The position numbers and the translations under genes are program-made. The notes under the pieces are model-generated. The model searched no databases, was not told where the DNA came from, and saw only the letters and a list, made by a program, of their open reading frames with translations. Below, one piece after another: positions 53,037-60,319 of a stretch of 64,000 bases of DNA; the stretch's first letter is position 1; every line of letters begins with the position of its first letter. Source of the DNA: an uncultured Clostridia bacterium (GTDB taxonomy: Bacteria > Bacillota > Clostridia > Christensenellales > CAG-314); assembly GCA_947629985.1 (NCBI GenBank), contig CANRFV010000004.1, positions 26,308-90,307 on the forward strand, written 5' to 3'.

Positions 53037-53216
53037 ATGAAGTGTTTTATTTGTGGCAAAGAAACCGATTGGGAAACAACAAACAACCAACCAATATGTC
53101 CCGATTGTAAAAATGAAAGAGGTTACGAGGTGTGTAATACACTGGGAAAAGTTATAGCCGACAGAACTTTCATTTGCGATCATATATGCAACGATTGCTG
53201 TTTGATAAACAAGTAA
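53037..53216 (+). CDS. 59-aa CxxC...CxxC zinc-ribbon protein (not in ORF track, under 60 aa)
   Basis: Own translation: MKCFICGKETDWETTNNQPICPDCKNERGYEVCNTLGKVIADRTFICDHICNDCCLINK. AAGGAGG 7 nt upstream. Divergent from the XRE gene and downstream of the operator-bearing promoter. Confidence 0.55.
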   Translation: MKCFICGKETDWETTNNQPICPDCKNERGYEVCNTLGKVIADRTFICDHICNDCCLINK

Positions 53217-53270
53217 GGCGATAATAATATTAAACCCATCAAAAAAATTTATTTTATAAAAGAAGAAATT

Positions 53271-54461
53271 ATGAGAAATACAATGAAAAAACACTTATTG
53301 TGGTTGCTATGTATCGTATTGTTGACAACAATAGTTGCTCTCGTGGCTTGCGATGGCGATGACGTTGAACCCGACACACAAGGTGTGGTATATACACTTT
53401 CCGATGACGGACAGGGCTACTGTGTGTCAGACGGCGACGAAGCAAGTGGCGACATTGAAATATTATCGAATTACAAAGGCTTGCCTGTCGTTGGTATAAA
53501 CGATGTGGTGTTTTCTGATAATAGTGCTTTAACGTCTGTTACCATTCCGAGTAGCGTTACACTAATAGGTGCATTTGCATTCAACGAATGCAACAATTTG
53601 AAAACAGTAAAATTTGAAAACGGCAGTAAGCTAAAAAGTATAGGAGCGTATGCTTTCAGCAAGTGTAGCAATCTGACAACGATCACAATTCCAAGTGAAG
53701 TTACAAGCATAGGAAACGGTTCTTTCGACAATTGTAGCAGTCTCACAACGATTAATGTACCAAATAGCGTTACGGACATAGGTAACGATTCTTTCTACAA
53801 TTGCAAAAATTTGCAAACGGTAGTATTAGAAAGAAACAGTAAACTGCAAAACATTGGCAACTCTGCGTTCAACCATTGCGACAGTCTTACAAACTTTAAG
53901 TTTCCAAGTAGCGTTACAAAAATAGGCGAGATGGCTTTTGGGAGTTGCAATTTGCAAACGGCAACATTTGGAAAAGACAGCAAGCTGGAAAGTTTAGGTC
54001 TTGGTGCCTTTTGGTATTGCAAAAATCTAACATCCGTCACCATTCCAAACAATATTAAAAGCATTGGGAAAAACGCTTTTTATGGTTGTGACAGTTTGAA
54101 GTACACCAAGTCCGATGGAGCTTCATACCTTGGTAACGAAGAGAATAATTATTTAGCATTAGTAAGACAAAGTACTTTTTCGTCATCTTGCACTATTGCA
54201 AATACAACAAAAATAATATGTTCCGGTGCATTCTCGGATTGTACGCGAATTACATCTATCACAATTCCTAGTAGCGTAACAAGCATAGGCAAGTGGGCTT
54301 TCTCGGGATGTACAGGGTTGAACAGTGTTGTATTTGAAAATCCCAATGGATGGAAGGCTGGCGATACAAACCTTACCTGTACAAACCCGTCTACAAACGC
54401 GAAAAATCTCGGAGATCTTTTTTACTATAATTACAGTGATTACGATTGGACGCGTTCCTAA
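53271..54461 (+). CDS. BspA-type leucine-rich-repeat surface lipoprotein
   Basis: Lipobox (ALVAC). About 11 consecutive ..SVT.IG..AF..C..L..I.IP.. LRR_5-like units. Confidence 0.8.
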   Translation: MRNTMKKHLLWLLCIVLLTTIVALVACDGDDVEPDTQGVVYTLSDDGQGYCVSDGDEASGDIEILSNYKGLPVVGINDVVFSDNSALTSVTIPSSVTLIGAFAFNECNNLKTVKFENGSKLKSIGAYAFSKCSNLTTITIPSEVTSIGNGSFDNCSSLTTINVPNSVTDIGNDSFYNCKNLQTVVLERNSKLQNIGNSAFNHCDSLTNFKFPSSVTKIGEMAFGSCNLQTATFGKDSKLESLGLGAFWYCKNLTSVTIPNNIKSIGKNAFYGCDSLKYTKSDGASYLGNEENNYLALVRQSTFSSSCTIANTTKIICSGAFSDCTRITSITIPSSVTSIGKWAFSGCTGLNSVVFENPNGWKAGDTNLTCTNPSTNAKNLGDLFYYNYSDYDWTRS

Positions 54462-54483
54462 GTTGATATATTACGAACAAACA

Positions 54484-54518
54484 AGAAAGGAACGGATTGC
54501 AAAATGCCGTTCCTTTCT
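54484..54518 (+). terminator. 12-bp perfect hairpin after the LRR lipoprotein gene
   Basis: AGAAAGGAACGG-attgcaaaatg-CCGTTCCTTTCT. Confidence 0.6.
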
Positions 54519-54665
54519 GTCTGCGCGTGAATTGTTTTTTCAGTAATTTTACCACATATTGTGTCGCTGCCTGTAATCTCACATTTTATACTTGGCGACA
54601 TGTTCTAATCAAAATCGCTATTCTCAAACATGTTTTGGCATTATATTCAAAGGAGTTGCTATAGG

Positions 54666-55223
54666 ATGAGTAAGAAAAACGGCGCTACAAAGGTAAAAAA
54701 TGACTGTAGAAATTGCCCAAATGTAAAAAAGAAGGTTATCAAATATATTGTTCCGAGCAAAATTAACGATACTGAAATAAAGAATCTACTTTTATATTTC
54801 CTTTATTTTGCGCCAAATATCGATAGCGTACATCATTCAAGTATACCGGATACAGAGAACCACGATGCGATATTTCATGAAATGACTGACAATGCAAAAA
54901 CACTATCGTTTTACGTAGAAATATCTTCGGTAAATAACAATTTGCAGAAAAGTCATTTGGCAAATAATTATGTTTGTTTGAAATGTGTGCGTGCCATATG
55001 TCAAAGAAAAGGATCGGACAAAACAGATTTAGACTGTTTCTTGAGACATATAAGAAATTCTATAGCTCATGGTAGAATTGTGTACTGTCATGAAAGCCAT
55101 AGACATTACATAATGTTTGAAGATGTAACCCCCAATGGAAACATATCCGCAAGAATTGTATGCAACAAATCTTGTCTATTGAATTGGAGAAGAATATTGG
55201 AAAAATATTCAACAAAAAGCTGA
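54666..55223 (+). CDS. Hypothetical protein with HEPN-like R-x4-H motif
   Basis: Start set to ATG 54666 after AAAGGAG. ..DCFLRHIRNSIAHGRIVY.. contains R-N-S-I-A-H, the Rx4H signature of many HEPN RNases. Last gene at the island edge. Confidence 0.4.
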   Translation: MSKKNGATKVKNDCRNCPNVKKKVIKYIVPSKINDTEIKNLLLYFLYFAPNIDSVHHSSIPDTENHDAIFHEMTDNAKTLSFYVEISSVNNNLQKSHLANNYVCLKCVRAICQRKGSDKTDLDCFLRHIRNSIAHGRIVYCHESHRHYIMFEDVTPNGNISARIVCNKSCLLNWRRILEKYSTKS

Positions 55224-55261
55224 TTTTACATATACGCAGACATTAGATAAATAGTCAAACA

Positions 55262-55412
55262 AAATACCCAGCCAAACCCCTGCGGGTTCGACGGGCGTTG
55301 TTCGGTGGTCGATACAGGGCTCGTCTCCCGCGCAGCGGGAGTAAGTGGAGCAACACATAGTGTTGCGGAACGCTACATAATTCGTCGTCCTGCACTCGCC
55401 CGCGCTTGAGCG
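55262..55412 (-). ncRNA. Candidate structured RNA, copy C (short, diverged member of the 27228/30809 family)
   Basis: Shares with copies A/B the 3' module (minus: ACGAGCCCTGTATCGACCACCG versus ACGAGCCGTGTACTAACCACGG), the GTGGAG box followed by a hairpin (GCAACAC-ata-GTGTTGC) and the 5' flank cgcccgcgcttga..ggcaagtaaa. It lacks the 172-nt block. Confidence 0.3.
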
Positions 55413-55426
55413 GCAAGTAAACAGGA

Positions 55427-55470
55427 GCAACAGAAAAAGAGCGTGCCTTGCGCACACTCTTTTCTGTTGC
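55427..55470 (-). terminator. Terminator of the tRNA operon
   Basis: Minus strand: GCAACAGAAAAGAGTGTGCGC-aagg-CACGCTCTTTTTCTGTTGC, a long imperfect hairpin rich in U at its 3' side, 25 nt after tRNA-Val. Confidence 0.65.
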
Positions 55471-55495
55471 GGCCAACAAACGCAGCCGCTCAATC

Positions 55496-55571
55496 TGGTG
55501 GGGAGTACAGGGCTCGAACCTGTGACCCCCTGCTTGTAAGGCAGATGCTCTCCCAACTGAGCTAACTCCCC
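55496..55571 (-). tRNA. tRNA-Val (anticodon UAC), CCA encoded
   Basis: Hand-folded: GGGGAGT/ACTCCCC acceptor, D arm GCTC..GAGC, anticodon loop CTTACAA, T arm ACAGG-TTCGAGC-CCTGT, 76 nt. Confidence 0.9.
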
Positions 55572-55573
55572 AT

Positions 55574-55648
55574 TGGTGACTCCTACGAGAATCGAACTCG
55601 TGTTACCGCCGTGAAAGGGCGATGTCTTAACCGCTTGACCAAGGAGCC
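55574..55648 (-). tRNA. tRNA-Glu (anticodon UUC), CCA encoded
   Basis: GGCTCCTTGGTCAAGCGGTTAAGACATCGCCCTTTCACGGCGGTAACACGAGTTCGATTCTCGTAGGAGTCACCA. Anticodon loop CTTTCAC. 75 nt. Confidence 0.9.
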
Positions 55649-55653
55649 GATTT

Positions 55654-55730
55654 TGGTAGCGGCGGTCGGATTCGAACCAACGACCTGCCGGGTATGAACC
55701 GGCCGCTATAACCAACTAAGCTACGCCGCC
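55654..55730 (-). tRNA. tRNA-Met (anticodon CAU, elongator-like; Ile2/lysidine type not excluded), CCA encoded
   Basis: GGCGGCGTAGCTTAGTTGGTTATAGCGGCCGGTTCATACCCGGCAGGTCGTTGGTTCGAATCCGACCGCCGCTACCA. Position 1-72 is G-U rather than the C-A mismatch of bacterial initiators. 77 nt. Confidence 0.8.
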
Positions 55731-55790
55731 ACATTGCTTACCTGACGTTTCGAGGCCATCCGCGCCTTTGCTACTGTCAAAAGCCTATTT

Positions 55791-55819
55791 ATTGTAACAA
55801 ACAAATCGAATATTGTCAA
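55791..55819 (-). promoter_or_regulatory. Sigma-A-type promoter of the tRNA operon
   Basis: Minus strand: TTGACA (55819-55814), 17-nt spacer, TACAAT (55796-55791), about 55 nt upstream of tRNA-Met. Confidence 0.55.
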
Positions 55820-55889
55820 CAAAATTGACGATGTTTTTGCACAAAATGAATTGGCGCCCCGCGCAATGTGATTTTTCGCGCCGCAATTT

Positions 55890-56320
55890 GCCGATAATGC
55901 GTTGTTCGATGTTGTTTTGGCGCATTATTTTGCCATTGCAAACCAAACATTAACGTTATTTTGATTGTCGTAATCTATGCCGCGGATATAATATATCGCC
56001 GCAAGCCGTTTGCAAGCGCGCAACATTGCCGCGCTCGCCCATATATGTTGAGTAAACGGCGGTGCGCATACGCAATTTTGCCGTCCATCGCGTTTAAGGT
56101 GCCGATAATGCATTGTTCGATGTTGTTTTGGCGCATTATTTTGCCGTTGCAAGCCAGCATTGATATTCATTGATTGCAGTAATCTATGCCGCAGATATAA
56201 TGTGTCGCCGCAAGCCGTTCGCAAGCGTGCCACATTGCCGCACTCGCCCATATAACGTAGGGTAAACAGCAGTGTGTATACGCCATTTTGCCGCCCATCG
56301 CGTTTGTTGTGCCGATGTCC
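55890..56320. repeat. ~211-bp tandem direct repeat, two copies plus the start of a third
   Basis: 55890-56100 versus 56101-56310, both starting gccgataatgc(g/a)ttgttcgatgttgttttggcgcattattttgcc. Roughly 80% identity. gccgatg.. restarts at 56311. Confidence 0.85.
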
Positions 56321-56721
56321 CCGCTCGCGCGCACACGGCGCCGCCTACCAAAACGCTTTTGCGCGAACGTCGCCTGTAATTTTTCATTTATATTTATATT
56401 CGGTTTGAAATATGCTATAATGCTTAAAACAGGCTTTAATTTGCCGCGACGGCGTTGCGCTTGTCGGTGCAAACTCGTCCGCAATGTGTTGCGTGCACAA
56501 AACGTACAAACGCGCGAGTTTTGCGTATGTATTTGCGGCAGTCGTTCTCACGTATTTGCAGCAGGTATATCCGTAAGCATTTGCCGTGGGCACAATCGTG
56601 TGTTTTGGGGCACGCATACCTGTATGCATTTGCAGTGGGAACACTCGCGTATTGGCGGCGACCGCATCGCGTGCAAATTGTCAAGCCAACAACAAACGCA
56701 ACGCGTTTGAAGGGAGTAATT

Positions 56722-58518
56722 ATGGCAGAAAAAGTAAAAAAGCAGCCGTTGTCTGCCGAAGACAGGCAGTTCAATCGCAACAAGTGGCTGTTTGGCGTAA
56801 GCGGCATTGGGCGCGATATGTCTTACCAACTTATTGCGTCGTTTTTGCTTACGTACATTCAGTTCGGAATGACGCTTAGCATTGCGCAATTTACCACCAT
56901 CAGTTTGCTTATCGGCGTGGTGGGGCGCATCTGGGACGGCATAAACGACCCGTTAATGGGCGCTATAATCGAAGGCACGCATCTGAAGTTCGGCAAGTTC
57001 CGCCCATGGATACTTATGGGCGCGGTGCTTACGGGCACAATGATAGTGTTGATGTTCAACGTGCAAAGCCTTACGGGTTGGTCGTTTGTTGTGTATATGA
57101 CGGTAATGTATTTGCTGTGGGAATCGTGTTTTACAATGAACGACATCGGGTATTGGTCTATGCTTGCCAGCCTTTCCAGCAAAAAGGAGCAGCGCAACTC
57201 GGCAACCATGCTTACGGTTGTATTTGCGGGCATAGGCGCGTTTATTGCGCAAGGCGGAATATCTTTCCTTTACCCCGGCAACGTATTGCAGGCGTTCAGG
57301 TGGATATCCATCGGTGTCGCCGCAATATTTGTACTAATGCAGGTAATAATGGCGGTGTTCATCAAGGAGCGTCCGCGCGCGCAGATGGAAGTAAACGAAA
57401 AAGTTTCCGTCAAGCAAATGTGGAAAACCATCAAAAACAACGACCAGATCCTGTGGATGACGTTGTCTATGCTTATTTATTCGGTGGGCAGCGCCTTGCT
57501 TGTGGGCTTTGCGTACAACCTGTATTATCTTGAAATCGGCTACGACGGCAACGCGATAGTGTTTATTGCCATATTCGGCGTGTTCAACATATTGGCGCAG
57601 GTGTTTTATCCCAAACTTGCGCAGTGGTTGGGCAGAAAAAAACTGCAAATAATATCCATAATTGTGGCGTGCGTAGGCTATACCGGCATTGCGCTCATCG
57701 GTTGGGTGTCCTGGTTCCCGTTTAACCTTGTTACGCTCAGCATATTCGGCATACTTGTATTTGTTGGACAGGCGCTGTACTATATGGCAAGTATTATCAA
57801 TATGACCAACTGCGTAGAGTACAACGAATACAAGCGCGGCGAGCGCAACGAAGCGGTCGTGTCCACTTTGCGTCCGCTTATGGCAAAGTTTTCCGACGCA
57901 ATAAAGTACGGAATAATTACGTTGGTGCTTACCGTATCGCTGGTGTACGGGCTGTCGCAAAATATTTCCGCGGCGGAAACGCAAAAAGGCGTATTCGACC
58001 GAATGGACTACGCGCAACAAACGCAATACATTACCAAAATCAACCAATATCTTGCCGAAATCGGCGACGGCGTGGACGGCTGGACGGACGAACAAATACA
58101 GGCGTTTAACGACCGTTTGGACCAAGACGAAGTGTTGGGCGGACACCAGATTACCGTAGACAAATTGAACGTAATAGGGCAACTTGCGGTAATGCGTAAA
58201 GACGGCGGCGACGGCGAATTTATTTCGCGCGTGGCGGACCTGGACGCAAATTCTCTTCCGCAAGACAAGTACGAATTGTCGCTGTCGTTTACAGACAAAC
58301 AAGGCAACAAAATAAACGTTGCCAACGACAACTTCAAGAGCGAGAGCAACCTGTCTATGCGGCTGTGGCTGCGCGCGGGCGTAACGGTGCTGCCCATAAT
58401 TATGTTGGTTTCGTCGCTGCTTATTCAGCACAAAAAGTTTATAATAGACGAAAAATATTACGATATGATGATGGACGAGATAGCCAAGCGCAAGCAAGCC
58501 GAAGCCGATCCGCAATAG
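56722..58518 (+). CDS. Glycoside-pentoside-hexuronide (GPH/MelB-like) cation symporter with ~170-aa insertion before the last TM
   Basis: Start set to ATG 56722 after AGGGAG (MAEKVKKQPLSAEDRQF..). ..GIGRDMSYQLIASFLLTYIQF..GRIWDGINDPLMGAIIEGT..FGKFRPW.. is the GPH N-terminal signature. The hydrophilic block ..ETQKGVFDRMDYAQQTQ...NFKSESNLS precedes the final TM. Confidence 0.8.
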   Translation: MAEKVKKQPLSAEDRQFNRNKWLFGVSGIGRDMSYQLIASFLLTYIQFGMTLSIAQFTTISLLIGVVGRIWDGINDPLMGAIIEGTHLKFGKFRPWILMGAVLTGTMIVLMFNVQSLTGWSFVVYMTVMYLLWESCFTMNDIGYWSMLASLSSKKEQRNSATMLTVVFAGIGAFIAQGGISFLYPGNVLQAFRWISIGVAAIFVLMQVIMAVFIKERPRAQMEVNEKVSVKQMWKTIKNNDQILWMTLSMLIYSVGSALLVGFAYNLYYLEIGYDGNAIVFIAIFGVFNILAQVFYPKLAQWLGRKKLQIISIIVACVGYTGIALIGWVSWFPFNLVTLSIFGILVFVGQALYYMASIINMTNCVEYNEYKRGERNEAVVSTLRPLMAKFSDAIKYGIITLVLTVSLVYGLSQNISAAETQKGVFDRMDYAQQTQYITKINQYLAEIGDGVDGWTDEQIQAFNDRLDQDEVLGGHQITVDKLNVIGQLAVMRKDGGDGEFISRVADLDANSLPQDKYELSLSFTDKQGNKINVANDNFKSESNLSMRLWLRAGVTVLPIIMLVSSLLIQHKKFIIDEKYYDMMMDEIAKRKQAEADPQ

Positions 58519-58667
58519 TTGTCGCCGCACATTATATATATTTTTGTTGATATGTGTGTACATTTTTGCGCATTTTGTAATAAGGTACAGTTGACACGGC
58601 AAAAATATATGTTATAATGTTATTAAGTAAATTTTTACAATTTATCAAAATACAAAGAGGAGCATTT

Positions 58668-60008
58668 ATGGAGACAATTATTACTTTAACCGTTATCGCA
58701 TTGACGTTATTGCCCATAATAATAGGCGCATTGCTCGGCTGGTTGCGCGGTTGGCGTCGCGCGGCGTTGCGTTTTGGGCTGGTAATACTCAGCATAATAT
58801 TGGCATTCGCTTTCCGCAAGGTTATCGGTAATGCCATTGCGTCCGCCAAACTTATCGAAGGGCAAACGCTGTCGGAATATCTTATGCAAATGTTGCAGGG
58901 TTCTATGTCGCAAGGCGCAAGCGGAGACGTGCTTGCCAACCTGCAAGGGATAGTGGACGCCATAGTAAAAGGCATTGCGTACGTACTGTCGTTTTTGCTT
59001 GCGTTCGGCATACTGTTGCTGTTTACCTGGGCGGTAGTGTACCCCGTTTGCAAAATTTTCGTCAAACCCAAACTTGTTGAACAACCCGTACAAGAAGACG
59101 GCAAAAAAAGCAAACCCAAGTACAAAAAGTACGGTTTGATCGGCGCGGGAATAGGCGCAGTGCAGGGTCTTATCGTTGCGGTTTTCTGCGGAATAATGAT
59201 TACGGGCATTGCGGTTCAGGGCAACAACGCCTTGGGCGCAATAGGTATGTTGCAATCTTCCGATTCGCCCAACGAAGCGTTGGATACGGTAAGCGCAATG
59301 TGCCAAAACTACACCGATTCGTCCACGTGCGCGTTTTACAACACGGGCATTTGTCAATCCATTTTCAACAAAACGTCCGAAGTTAAAATCGAAAAGGACG
59401 GCACCACCCAAACCAAAACGCTGGGCGGCACGGTAAGCGCGTTGAAAACCGCCGCAGGTATGTATCAACAGGCGCTTAAACTTCAAGACGTAGACTTCGG
59501 CTCGCTGTTCGACAAAAATGCCGACGCGTCCAACAAGGAAGAAGCCAAACAAAAAGTTCAGGACGTATTCAATAATCTTGCGGAAATGCAGGGTTCAATG
59601 TCCGAAGAAGCCAAGGAAACCGTCAAGGAAGTGTTGGACGGCGTAATCGACGGCTTGGGCGATCAGTTGGGCGCCGATTTGCCACTTGACCTTTCGTCCG
59701 TAGACTTCAGCAATGTGGATTTCAAAAAGGAAGGCGAAGTGTTGGGCAATTTGATCGAGTTCGCTTCCGCGCCCCCGACATCGGTAGAAGAATCCAAGGA
59801 AGATATCAAAAAAGTCGTTGACGAAGTTGTAAAGAGCGATCTGGTGTATTCCGTATTGGAAGGCAGCAAGGACAACATCAACTTGCAGGAAACTTTCCCC
59901 GAAGAAGAACTTGACAAACTCGCAGAAGTTCTCGACGAAGTTGAAGATAACGTCGACGAGGAACTGAAAGACAGATTGGACTCGTTGCGCGAAATGTTCG
60001 GTTTATAG
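58668..60008 (+). CDS. CvpA-like membrane protein with long acidic C-terminal region
   Basis: ATG 58668 after AAGAGGAG. The N-terminal TM pattern ..LLPIIIGALLGWLRGWRRAALRFGLVILSIILAFAFRKVIGN.. resembles the colicin V production (CvpA) family. The C-terminal ~200 aa are D/E/K-rich. Confidence 0.5.
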   Translation: METIITLTVIALTLLPIIIGALLGWLRGWRRAALRFGLVILSIILAFAFRKVIGNAIASAKLIEGQTLSEYLMQMLQGSMSQGASGDVLANLQGIVDAIVKGIAYVLSFLLAFGILLLFTWAVVYPVCKIFVKPKLVEQPVQEDGKKSKPKYKKYGLIGAGIGAVQGLIVAVFCGIMITGIAVQGNNALGAIGMLQSSDSPNEALDTVSAMCQNYTDSSTCAFYNTGICQSIFNKTSEVKIEKDGTTQTKTLGGTVSALKTAAGMYQQALKLQDVDFGSLFDKNADASNKEEAKQKVQDVFNNLAEMQGSMSEEAKETVKEVLDGVIDGLGDQLGADLPLDLSSVDFSNVDFKKEGEVLGNLIEFASAPPTSVEESKEDIKKVVDEVVKSDLVYSVLEGSKDNINLQETFPEEELDKLAEVLDEVEDNVDEELKDRLDSLREMFGL

Positions 60009-60319
60009 ACCGACCACACGTATACCGCTCGCATATCCCCTGCAAAAAGGCTTCGCTTCGTATGCCGCAGGGAATGGTAGAGGTAGCGCTCGTGCAATTG
60101 CATTCAAAACGGCTTCGCTTCGCGTGCCGCACCTTGTTAGGTGCGGCACACTTGTTGCAGATTGTTTTGCAGTAAACACACTCGCTCTGAGTATATATAA
60201 GGTTGTATTTTAATTAAAAACTTGTGTTGATAGTGTAAATGCAACAGCACTCGCGCTATAAAAAATAATATTTTGTGCGGCATACTCGTTGCAGATTATT
60301 TTGCAGTGGATACACTCGC

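Larger units (their letters stand above)
31084..55428. mobile_element. Putative ~24.3-kb integrative element (tyrosine integrase, XRE switch) bounded by 31/32-bp imperfect direct repeats next to a tRNA operon
   Basis: cgcccgcgcttgaatggcaagtaaaaggagc (31084-31114) versus cgcccgcgcttgagcggcaagtaaacaggagc (55397-55428). Integrase at 32801. The composition is AT-richer than the flanks. The right end abuts the terminator of the tRNA-Met/Glu/Val operon. Confidence 0.5.

Noticed and set aside
55209-55715. ORFs 55209-55715 and 55255-55479 (minus strand) across the tRNA cluster.
   Set aside because: They run straight through three cloverleaf-folding tRNA genes and the terminator, so they are not credible coding sequences.
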